Shown in pieces: positions 39,531 to 51,186 of a DNA stretch of 64,000 bases; the stretch's first letter is position 1; each line of letters starts with the position of its first letter. Origin of the DNA: Squalus acanthias (lineage: Eukaryota); assembly GCA_030390025.1 (NCBI GenBank), contig CM059425.1:172982001-173046000 (forward strand), given 5' to 3'. The translations under genes were made by a program, and so were the position numbers. Below the pieces are notes generated by a model, which was given only the letters and a program-made list of their open reading frames with translations, had not been told where the DNA came from and ran no database searches.

Positions 39531-41247
39531 TGTCTGATTGTCTCATGATTTGAGATGGTGGGGTGGCAATATGGCATTACTGTATATATGTTTTTAAGTG
39601 GTTGCTGTTGCTGTCGTTAGTGTAAACATTGTTGTTGTAAAGGTTGTTGTTGCAAAATTTGCCCACGGACGAAAAGGTCGCGCTCAAAGGAGTTCGTGGC
39701 CCGCTCAGTACAAAAAAAAATTAGAGGGAACATTGATCCCAACCCAGACTTATATCTCTGTAGTTTTTTCTATTTTATGAGAATCTTACAGAATCTTTTT
39801 TTGAAGTCATGTTACGTCTGGATTTCCTCCTAGGAAAATTTAGTTTTTTATTGTATTAGACATTATTTGCCTAGTCATTTCTCAGGAGCAACACATTATG
39901 GAGCTGCAATCTCCCTTCCAATTTCTACCATCGATAAGTCTGGACTACTTTAACAGCTTAGACTTTAACAGCTTGGCACAATAAAACTTCTTGAATGAGG
40001 TAGCTAATATCAATATCAAATTACCCAAATAACTAGAGCTGGGAACAACACTTTGTTATTGACTTGGTACAGATTAATATTATGAAAACTGCAAGGCAGA
40101 GAAAGACTGTTTCATCACTCATTAAATTCTAATCAGGAAAATTAGGAAATCATTTTACATTCAGAAATGTTAATATTTTGTATATAATGTTCATTTTAAT
40201 AGCTTTTGAAATATATGTAACATGTCACTATTCATTCAAATCTAATGTTACTGTACCACTTCCCCTACCAACAACTACATCTTCAATATATACATAAAAC
40301 AATTCAAGCACATCACCATCCATCATTGTATGTTTTTTCTATTTTTTTATTATAGTCCTCCCTAATTTAAAAATGTTAATTGCAACAATTTTTCACAACT
40401 CTCATTCCTACAATCAGTGGGTGGTTGTGCGTCAAAGAAACAAAACTAAGATAAATGCCAAATTCCTATGTTTCATTCAAAATGCCCTGTGGCTATGGAA
40501 CCTAAATTAAAAGATATAAATTATGATGTTATTTTACTCCATCTTTTGCATTCTCCTTTGCTACTCCCTGTGTGATATTTCTACACAGAAAACTTCTGTT
40601 TGCTTAGTTATCCCAGGTTTGATTTTTAAGTTGCTGACCTGTTTTTATATTAATAATTATTTTTCCGCATGGGACATTTTGGGAGAAATGCCCAAAGACA
40701 AAAATCTCAAGGATGCCTCGAGTAATAACAAACCAGGCTGGTATTTTCTAAAATCTCATGTAATAACTTAAAATAACTTAATTAGCCAAATGTGTAACTG
40801 TGTGTAATATTATTGTGAATGTATCATGTAGCAGCTTTGACTTTGTTTTACAATCTGAATTTGGAAAACCGTCTACTGCTGTTAATTCAAAGTTGGTTTT
40901 TGGTCAAAAATATTCTAATTAACAAGTTGTTGTAATTAACCAATTGTAATAAAAGAATGCAGTTGTTTCTTGCACAATTTCAATTCAGATTAACACATAA
41001 TTTGAATTAAGCAACTTTGAATTAAAAGGTGAAGACTGTGGGCTCAAACTTTCACGGCCGTTCCAGCCAATTCCTGCCGTAAGACTGTCAGCAAATCTGC
41101 TGGAATGACCACATACTCAAATGGAAATGCTGGATGCTGGTCTTATCCCAAATTTCCCTGAATGGCTATGTGGGGCGATGCCACTACTCACCCCTAGAAG
41201 GCCATTAACATAAAGGGGCTGGGACCTGGGATGGGGACTCCATGGGC

Positions 41248-41545
41248 TAAAAATGTAGTAAAACGTCCCAAGGCGCTTCACAGGAGTGTTATAAGACAAA
41301 ATATGTGACACCGAGCCACATAAGGAGAAATTGGGGCAGGTGACCAAAAGCTTGGTCAAAGAGGTAGGTTTTAAGGAGCGTCTTAAAGGAGGAAAGAGAG
41401 GTAGAGAGGTGGAGAGGTTTAGGCAGGGAATTCCAGAGCTTAGGGCCTGGGCAACAGAAGGCACGGTCACCAATGGTTGAGCGATTATAATCAGGGATGG
41501 TCAAGAGGGCAGAATTAGAGGAGCGCAGATATCACGGGGGGTTTG
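41248..41545 (-). mobile_element. L2 3' end
   Basis: GDRAFCCPGPKLWNSLP...FKTLLKTYLFDQAF; matches 14980-15260. Confidence 0.85.
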
Positions 41546-43052
41546 ATGAGGGAAGGATGCACCCTAGACAGCCCCTTTCTGGACGGGATATCCGGGATGG
41601 AATGATCCACCTGCAGTACAAGTGACCAGAACCCCAATTCCCCTTTCAACATTTGTCCCATACCTTACCTTCCCTCTGTTACTGACCATCACAGCATTCT
41701 CTTGGCCACAATGCTAAAATAAAAGCCACCACAAAGCAAACTTTCCAATCCAATACATCCATCCATCCAATATGACATCAAGAAATCAACTCATCACCCT
41801 TATGCATTTCCTTAGTGACTGTCTTGTGTATGCCTTTGCCTATCCTACTGATGTCACGCAGTGCTACCCCAGTGGCTGCAGCATGGCTGGTGGAAGGCTG
41901 CTGACTTTCAGTGGGGGACACTGAAAATGGCCTTGCTGGTCGACCTTGAGGGACTGGTGGCTGGGAGTGTGAAAACGAGTGATGGCGTTTCTTCTTCTTC
42001 TTCACTCTCCTCTCCCTCTTCTTGGTAAACCACTGGCTGGGCAGGCTGCCTTTCTTGGGTGTGTGAAATGAGGAAGGCACAAGGGTGGAGTTGTTTTGAG
42101 GGGAGGGTGGGAAAGCAAGAGGTGCATGTGAGAAAGAGGATAATGTATGAGAATACCAGCATCTTGTATCCTTTCAATCCCATTGCTGGCCAAGGGCTCA
42201 GTCATGCCCCTGCCAAGAATGGCCAGCTAGGAATGGGAGGTGTGCCTCGTGATTGGTACAGATTGTTGGTAGGTGAGTGATTGGGGGGGAGGGGAGGGGG
42301 AGTCGTGCATTGGGAAGTGTGTGAGGCTAGTGATGCAGTTGGTAGGAGATGGCTTTTGAAGATGCATTCACTGACCTTGACCAGTGGTCTGAGGTCATGA
42401 AGCTTCCTTGGGTACTGGAGCCAGATGGTGGGGGCGACACTGCTGACAGTGATGACCTCGGTGATGTAGTCCCACATTGTTCTTTTTGGAGGGTAGAGGA
42501 CCTCTCTTGCAGTGTTGACTCCCTGCACAAAGCTGGAGTGCTGCGTGCGAGACCCTGGGTGCCCCTTTCTGTTAGTGCTGAAGCACTTTTCCCATTTTTT
42601 GAGGTGTGGAAGGGAATTCAGCTTTAAGAGCTGAAGACTCCTATTTGGGAATGTTTTTTCAAATGTAATTTTTTTTAAAAGGCAGAGGAGCTGTAAGGGC
42701 TGAAAACTGCATTTTTTTACTTAATTTTTATTTTTATCAGTTCAGAAGGTATTAGCCTTTTAAGCAAACGACAATGCACTGCCCTTTTAATATCCTACAA
42801 TGCCTAGCAAACTCATGTCTTTGCTTCCAGAGGCTGTTGGGAGATGCAACGTCGCTTCTGGATGCCACATTTGGCACTGGTGCCTGGACTAACGCCATCA
42901 GGAGGGCGTTACACGATCAGTTTAGCGCTGGGCTAATAATTAGTCCCCAGCGCAAATTTTTCTCTCCTACCAGCACGACCATTTTCAGCGGCCGTTAACC
43001 CGAGGCCATGGTGACACCGTCAACTTTCATGTCACAGTCCAATTTCTAGGCC
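41546..43052 (-). mobile_element. Degenerate Harbinger arm with Myb gene
   Basis: TIR ccaatttctaggcc ending at 43052; SQQPSTSHAAATG...EMHKGD matches the translation of 470-587. Confidence 0.7.
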
Positions 43053-43879
43053 CATAAGTTGGAAATTCCCATTCTAGGCCCTCAGCTTATGATTGGCACA
43101 AATACGCCTGATCTCACCATGTGAACCTGTCTGATCCTGATGGAAGTTGTCAATTGGGGTGTAAACTGGTTTTGGGGCTTGGATCCCCAAAGTTCAGGGC
43201 CAAAACTATTTTGGGGGTGCTCAAAGTGACCCCTTATGTAAGGGGGTTGCAGGTACACCCAGATTTCTATTATGGCAGGAGGGGTAGCCAGAAAACACCC
43301 CCCAGCCCATTTCAGTGGGAGATGGGAGGGCACCACAGATGTGCACCAAAACTGTTGACGACGTGCTGATGGAAGCCCCACTCCCTGACGCTGCAAATGT
43401 TGGTGGGGTCAGCGGCACAGTTCCGTGGTGAGCATGGTCCCAGCGTAACATTTGGAATCACATATTTTCAATCAGAATGCCCATTAATCCTTAATTTACA
43501 CATAAAAACTTCAAAACAGCAAAGTGCAAAATAATAGGATAACATTTCATCTTCAACACCTGGGTGGAGATCTAGTGGAGTGGATCGCACGCCTGTTGTA
43601 GAATCCACCTGATTTTCATTCCATAATTCCATTAGATCCAGTCCGTTACCTCCCAATAGCCAAGTGCCCTAAGATCCAGCCTGCGCACTTAATGCACAGA
43701 ACCTTCCTGGAAAATGCGCGTGGCCACTATTGACTGCACTAGCAGACCCCCACACTGAGGTTTGTTACATGGAACAGCAACCCCCCACTCCACCAGGAGA
43801 GCAGCATTAACTGCAATACCAATCCCCCTCCCCATTACTGAGCAGAATTTGCTCCATCAACCCCACTAAGTAATTCCTC

Positions 43880-44780
43880 CATTGGGAGTGAGGAGGAAGG
43901 AGAGGGGAATGAGGGTACAGGATAAGAGAAGATAACCCCATCTCCTCTCCCTTTCCCTTCGAACTACCTATTCAATCCTTGTATCTTCCCCTCTCTTCCT
44001 GGCCCCTCCTCCATCTCCTCCCCTTCCTCCTCTATCTTCTCATCTCCTTCTCCTCCCCCACCTCATCCACCCTTTCTACTCCTCCACTCCCCACCGCCTA
44101 CTCCCCCTCCTCACTGAAAGAAAAGGGAAATGGGGTTGAGGAATTGAATATGGGGAGTTAAGAAAGAGGGAGTAAAGAGTGGGTAGAGAAAGGGTTTAGA
44201 TCAAGATAGAAGAGGGTTGAGAGAGAAGGAGGGTTGAAGGGATTGAGAGAGAAAGGGGCTGGTTTGAGCAAGAGACAGAGAAAGACACAAAGAGAAAAAC
44301 ACAATTTCTTTCTTAATTTAAAAAAGTAGAATTTTGAAAGCAAACAAAGCCTTTTGATGGAAACAGATAGGGAGGAAGGGTAGAAGGGGTGGGAAGGAGA
44401 GAGGGGTTAGAGAGAGGAGTTTGAGATATAAAGAGTTGAAAGAGAACAACAGGGAGAGCTGAGGGGGGGTAGAGTGAGGAGGTACGGAGGCGGAAGATAG
44501 AGAGAGAGGAGGTTGGGAGATGGGAATTGAGACAGAGGGTACAGAGAGAGCGTAGAGTGACACAGTAGATGAAGGGGGGAGAGAGAGAGACAAGGGGTTT
44601 CAGAGAGAGAGAGGGGTTAATTGAGGGTGGTTGAAAGAGAGAGAAAGGGTTCTGACAAAAGGTCATCGACCTGAAATGTTAATCCTACTTTACTCTCTCA
44701 ACAGATGCTGAGTGTTTGCAGAATTTGCTCTTTGAGAGAGAAGAGGGGTTGAGAGAAAGAAGTGGATGAAGGCGTTGGGG
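43880..44780. repeat. CT-rich then GA-rich low-complexity tract, with a degenerate Penelope end at 44649-44730
   Basis: Base composition; ttctgacaaaaggtcatcgacctgaaatgtt. Confidence 0.7.
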
Positions 44781-46540
44781 GGAACTGTCTGCAGGTTTGC
44801 GGATGATACTAAGATTTGTACGTGTGATAGGATCTTGGACCACAACCAGATCTAGATGCGATCTGGCAGATGTTATTTAATATTGATAAATGTAGTGAAA
44901 TGCATGCCAAGTATGTGTGTATCATGCAGAATTCTGATCTAAGTGTTGTAATACATGAATCTCTAAATATTCACAACCAGTGCTACGAGGCAATAGCAAA
45001 GGCAAATAGAGCATTAAGATGTATTGCTAGGATAATCCAATACAAAACAGAGAGCACTAAACAGTCTTTGTACTTAACTAGAATACTGGCCGCGATTTCG
45101 TCTACCCAGGCGGGCTCAGTGCAGCCGAGGTAGGTGGCGGATTGCAACTCCGCTCCCGGCTCCATCCCGCTCTGTGAGGAGAATTTTCCGTTGATTGGCC
45201 GAGGTTCCCGGCCAATTAAAAGGAAGCGGGTCTGATGACATCATTTGATGACGCGTCATCAGCCGGTTTCCTTAAAGGAACCATGTCCACATTCATTTTG
45301 ACAGTTGTGCTGTCAGTGTTCTGCAGCATTGAGGTGCTGCAAACACTGACGAGCACTGCACAAAGGCGCACGGCTGCACCCAGGCTCTCCCATGACTCCC
45401 TCCATATGCTTATGGAGGAAGTCACAGCACGCAGGGAGGTTCTCTTCCCTTCCAATGGGCGGAAGAGACCTCCCCAGGACACCAACACAGCCTGGTTGCA
45501 CATTGCACAGGAGGACACAAGCAGGGAAGTCGTCAGGAGGACCAGGCTGCAGTGGCGCAAACCTTTCAATGATCTCAGTAGATCACGAATCGTTACTGCA
45601 AAGCCACACTCAACCTCATCCTGCTGTGCCACTCATCACATCCCCATCACTCTGCCTTCCCTACCCTACTCCTGCACATCCTTACTCACACCAGCTTACC
45701 TTGCACCTCCACCCATCCCTCTCTATCTATCTACATTATCACTTCCCCATCTCATTAGCCACTCCACACACTCACCTTCATCCTTGTCCAATCATACCAA
45801 CTAACAACACACAAGGGTAGGCACTTGGGTGTTTTCGCCAATGTTCATGTAGTTTCTGTTGATGTGTTGCCAAACATTGAAATCTTTATTTTCCACACTT
45901 TCCATTCTTGGACAGATTTGTGTGCACCTTTGGAAGTGACTTAGTGAGTTGCAGTGAATGGTGAGACATAAATTTACCCCGTGCAATGGTGATCAGTGTG
46001 AAAGGAATGGTTTGGGCATTGCAGGGATGCTTTATGGTGCTGGTGTGGGGTGGTGCCAACCTGGCGCATCATGTGGCAGCCAGGGTGTACAGCGTCAAGT
46101 GAAGTAAATCTGGCCTAGGTGAGGCCATCCCTGGCCTCCCGGGCAGCAATGTGGTCAGGTGCTGATGTCCTGTGCAGCATCAGGTGATTGCGGAGAAGGT
46201 TGGTGTTGTTGTTGGTGATGCTGGTGTTGGGGCTGATCGTGGTGAGATTCTGAAGACCAAGGTGAGATTTTTTCAAGGGTACCCATGCTGATGGAATAGA
46301 TGGCAGCTGAATTTGAGGTGACCGAAGCGATCTGTCAATGGTGTGAAAGGTTGCTCCAAGGAGGTGACAGTGGATAGAGAGTTAACTCCAAACACTTTCA
46401 AACTGCATAAAGCTGAAAAGTGGAATCCAAATCCTGAAGGCTCCAGCTTCTCAGATTGGAAAGTGAATGGTAGCTTTTATACCACTTTTGCAGCTGTCAA
46501 CTATGCAGAGGAATGGAGAGTCATTGACAGCCCAACCTAC

Positions 46541-49500
46541 TTTTTTTTTATTTATTCGTTCATGGGATGTGGGCGTCACTGGCAAAGCCAGCATTTATTG
46601 CCCATCCCTAATTGCCCTTGAGAAGGTGGTGGTGAGCCGCCTTCTTGAACAGCTCCAGTCCATGTATTAAAGGTACCCCCACAGTGCTGTTAGGGAGGGA
46701 GTTCCAGGATTTTGACCCAGCGATGATGAAGGAACGACGATATACTTCGAAGTCAGGATGGTGTGTGACTTGGAGGGGAACTTGGAGGTGATGGTGTTCC
46801 CATGCGCCTGCTGCCCGTGTCCTTCTAGGTTGAAGAGGTCACAGGTTTGGGAGGTGCTGCTGAAGAAGCCTTGGCTGCAGTGCATCTTGTAGCTGGTACA
46901 CACTGCAGCCACGGTACGCTGGTGGTGGAGGGAGTGAATGTATTAGGTGGTGGATAGGGTGCCAATCAAGTGGGCTGCTTTGTCCTGGATGGTGCTGAGC
47001 TTCTTGAGTGTTGTTGGAGCTGCACTCATCCAGGCAAGTGGAGAGTATTCTATCACTCTCCTGACTTGTGCCTTGTAGATGGTGGAAAAGCTTTGGGGAG
47101 TCAGAGGTGAGACACTTGCCACAGAATACCCAGCCTCTGACCTGCTCTTGTTGCCACAGTATTTATGTGGCTGGTCCAGTTAAGTTTCTGGTCATTGGTG
47201 ACCCCCAGGATGGTGATGGTGGGGGATTCGGTGATGGTAATACCATTGAATGTCAAGGGGCGGTGGTTAGACTCTCGCTTGTTAGAGATAGTCATTGCCT
47301 GGCACTTGTGTGGCGCAAATGTTACCTGCCACTTATCAGCCCAAGCCTGAACGTCGTCCAGGTCTTGTTGCATGCGGGCATGGACTGCTTCATTATCTGA
47401 GGAGTTGTGAATGGCACTGAACACTCTGCAGTCATCAGCGAACATCCCTATTTCTGACCTTATGTTGGCAGGAAGGTCATTGATGAAGCAGCTGAAGATG
47501 GTTGGGCCTAAGACACTGCCCTGAGGAACTCCTGCAGCGATGTCCTGGGGCTGTGATGATTGACCTCCAACCACCACAACCATCTTCCTTTGTGCTAGGT
47601 ATGACTCCAGCCAGTGGAGAGTTTTCCCCCAATTCCCATTGACTTCAGTTTTACTAGGGCTCCTTGATGCCACACTTGTTAAATGCTGCCTTGATGTCAA
47701 GGGCAGTCACTCTCACCTCACCTCTGGAATTCAGCTCCTTTGTCCATGTTTGGACCAAGGCTGTAACGAGGTCGGGAGCCGAGTGGTCTTGACAGAACCC
47801 AAACTGGGCATCAGTGAGCAGGTTATTGGTGAGTAAGTGCTGCTTGATAGCACTGTCGATGACACCTTCCATCACTTTGCTGATGATTGAGAGTAGACTG
47901 ATGGGGCGGTAATTGGCCGGGTTGGATTTGTCCTGCTTTTTGTGGACAGGACATACCTGGGCAGTTTTCCACATTGCCAGATAGATGCCAGTGTTGTAGC
48001 TGTACTGGAACAGCTTGGCTAGAGGCGCGGCTAGTTCTGGAGCACAAGTCCAAAGCACGACAGCCGGGATGTTGTTGGGACCCATAGCCTTTGCTGTATC
48101 CAGTGCGCTCAGCCGTTTTTTGATATCACGTGGAGTGAATCGAATTGGCTGAAGACTGGCTTCTGTATCATCGAATCGGCACTTCTGGCTGAAGATGGTT
48201 GCAAACGCTTCAGCCTTGTCTTTTGCACTCACGTGCTGGGTTCCACCATCATTGAGGATGGGATGTTCATGGAGCCTCCTCCTCCCATTACTTGTTTAAT
48301 GGTCCTCCACCATTCACGACTAGATGTGGCAGGACTGCAGAGCTTTGATCTGATCCGTTGATTGTGGGATCGCTTAGCCCTGTCTATAGCATGCTGCTTC
48401 CGCTTTGTAGTCCTGTGTTGAAGCTTCCCCAGGTTGACACCTCATTTTTAGGTATGCCTGGTGCTGCACCTGGCATGCTCTTCTGCACTCCTCATTGAAC
48501 CTGGCTCGATGGTAATGGTAGAGTGAGGGATATGCCGGGCCATGAGGTTACAGATTGTGCTGGAATACAGTTCTGCTGCTGCTGATGGCCCACAGTGCCT
48601 CATGGATGCCCAGTTTTGAGCTGCTAGATCTGTTCTGAATCTATCACATTTAGCACGGTGGTAGTGCCACACAACACGATGGAGGGTGTTCTCAGAGTGA
48701 AGACGGGACTTCGTCTCCACAATGACTGTGTGGTGGTCACTGCTACCAATACTGTCATGCACAAATGCATCTTCAACAGGTAGATTGGTGAGGACGAGGT
48801 CAAATAGGTTTTTCCCTTATGTTGGTTCTCTCACCACCTGTTCTTCAGGATTCGGCCTGCTTGGTCAGTAGTACTGCTACCGAGCCACTCTTGGTGATGG
48901 ACATTGAAGTCCCCCACCCAGAGTACATTCTGTGCCCTTGCTACTCTCAGTGCTTCTTCCAAGTGGTGTTCAATATGGAAGAGTACTGATTCATCAGCTG
49001 AGGGAGGGCGGTAGGTGGTAATCAGCAGGAGGTTTCCTTGCCCATGCTTGACCTGAAGCTATGAGACTTCACGGTGTCCAGAGTCAATGTTGAGGACTCC
49101 CAGGGCCACTCCCTCCCAACTGTGCCGCCAGTGGGACAGGATGGGATGGAGGAGTCTGGGACATTTTCTGAAAGGTATGATTCTGTGAGTATGACTATGT
49201 CAGGCTGTTGCTTGACTAGTCTGTGGGACAGCTCTCCCAATTTTGGCACAAATCCCCAGATGTTGGTGAGGAGGACTTTGCAGTGTCGACTGGGCTGGGT
49301 GTGCCGTTGTTGTGTCCGTAGCCGGTGCCGGGTGGCCCGTCCGGTTTTATTCTTATTAAGGGGGACCCCGAGCTCCCGGTGGCCTGTCACTTTAATTCTC
49401 CGCTCCACTCCCACTCTGACCTCGGCCTCTTGCATTGTTCCACGGAAGCTCAGGGAACAGCACCTCATCTTTCGTTTAGGCACCCTACAGCCCTCTGGGC

Positions 49501-50304
49501 TCAACATCGAGTTCAACAATTTCAGATCATAACCTTGGCCCCTATCACATATATATATTTTTTAATTTTTTTATTTTATTTTTTCATCCACCCTTTTGTT
49601 TGGCCCTTTTTTTCTTCCCTCCCAGAAGCTGGCAGCTGTCCTTCATTCTGCCAGCGCAGTTCACACTTCATCTAGCCTCAACCTGTCACATTACCACCTC
49701 CTCTTGCCTTGATTATCTCTTAATGTCTTTTAATCTCTCCTGCTTTCTATCCCACCACTGATCTTGCCTTTTGTTCTTTCATCCCCTCCCCCTTTTCCCA
49801 GCATTATACTTGCTTTAAATCTATTTCATTTGTCTGCTTTTTTCCAGTTCTGACGAAGGGTCTTCGACCTGAAACATTAACTCTGTTTCTCTCTCCATGG
49901 ATGCTGCCTGGCCTGCTGAGTTTTTCCAGCGTTTTCTGTTGTTGTTTTTATTCTTATTATTGTGTTTCATAACGGTTTGTTACAACTGAGTGGCTTGCTA
50001 GGCCATTTCAGAGGGCAGTTAAGAGAACATTGCTGTGGGCCTGGAGTCACATATAGGCCAGACCAGGTAAGGACGGCAGATTTCCTTCCCTAAAGGACAT
50101 TAGTGAACTAGATGGGTTTTTACGACAATCCGATAGTTTCATGGTTACCATTACTGATACTAGCTTTTTATTCCAGATTTATTTAATTACCTGAATTTAA
50201 ATTCCCCAGCTACTGTGGTAGTATTTGAACTCACATCCCTGGATCATTAGTCCAGGCCTCTGGATTACTAGCCCAGTAACATTACCACTATGCCACCGTT
50301 GCCC
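46541..50304 (-). mobile_element. Full-length but degenerate CR1-Zenon-like LINE with tRNA-derived 5' head and a single EN-RT ORF (ATG at 49970)
   Basis: Poly(A) tail at 46541; RT and APE motifs (LLTNIWG, PDIVILTESYL, SSDHH); 5' part contiguous after removing the TSD-flanked Penelope; box A TGGCATAGTGG and box B-like GAGTTCAAATAC. Confidence 0.85.
49359..49945 (+). mobile_element. Penelope-like element 3' end (GIY-YIG C-terminus plus terminal repeat with hammerhead motif at 49846-49882)
   Basis: PVACHFNS...EQHLIFRLGTLQPSGLNIEF; 14-bp TSD ttttattcttatta (49345-49358 and 49946-49959). Confidence 0.88.
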
Positions 50305-51186
50305 AATGTCATCCGTGAGCGCTGGGTACCTCGTGAAAAAGCTGGTAAAATGGTAAGTACATGGTAAAATGGCGTTTAAGTACCTTTTAACAAGCTCTTA
50401 AGTATCTGAATTGGCTCACCTGTCGCTTGGTGTCGGGTCTGTAAAGCGCAGACAGACCCGACACTTGGGAAACTGACATGGAGGCGGGTTGACAGCGGGA
50501 TCCCGACCCACTGTCAATTTTTTCGATTTTGACAGCGGACCCGCCTACAAACCCGCTCTCTGAGCGCCGGCAAAATTCCGGCCACTGTATCCTGTATTGG
50601 TCTCCTCACATGATGGATGATATAGAGGCCCTGGAAGGGTTCAGGGGAGTGCCTCTAGATGGATACCATGACAAAGGAATTTAGTTACCACAATCGGCTT
50701 AGAAAGCTGTGTCTCTATTCTAGAAAAAGTGTAGACTTCAGGGAGATTTGGTTGAGGTCTTTAAAATGATGAAGGGACTAGACTGTCCGTGTGGATAGAC
50801 TATTTGAGCTAGATAGGTTGGAGAGAAGCAGCGGACATGCATGAAAGTTGCGTAACAACAACAACTTGTATTTATATAGTGCCTTTAAAATAGTAAAACG
50901 TCCCAAATTTAAGCATAGAAGTAGGTTAGATGTCAGAAGGTTTATCTTTTTGCTAAAGGTCATCGACATTTGGAACAAGTGGCTGGCTCATGCAGTGAAT
51001 GTGGATTCACTGCAGGCGTTCAAAAGGGAACTGGATGAGTTCCTAGCTGTGGCTGATATCAAAAGCGTACAAAATATAAGTGTGGTGATGTGTCTCATTC
51101 TGATCACCTTTGGGGTCAGAGAGGAATTTCCCAGATTATTTTCCCCTGGATTAGTCTAGGGATTTTCTTCTTTTTTTGACTCTCCT

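Larger units (their letters stand above)
45088..50583 (+). mobile_element. Non-autonomous Harbinger (~1.75-kb family) split by Zenon-like LINE
   Basis: TIRs ggccgcgattt / aaattccggcc; TSD ACT (45085-45087 and 50584-50586); Myb-like exon at ~45380-45590. Confidence 0.85.
44790..51186 (+). mobile_element. Very old CR1 (44790-45087 and 50587-~51186) hosting a nested stack
   Basis: FADDTKI at ~44795; the LEYC-coding segment is split at the ACT TSD; RFIFLLKVIDIWNKW...FKRELDEF follows. Confidence 0.7.

Noticed and set aside
50205..50304. Functional tRNA gene
   Set aside because: Duplicated anticodon arm, no proper acceptor stem or terminator, and continuous with a retroposon body.
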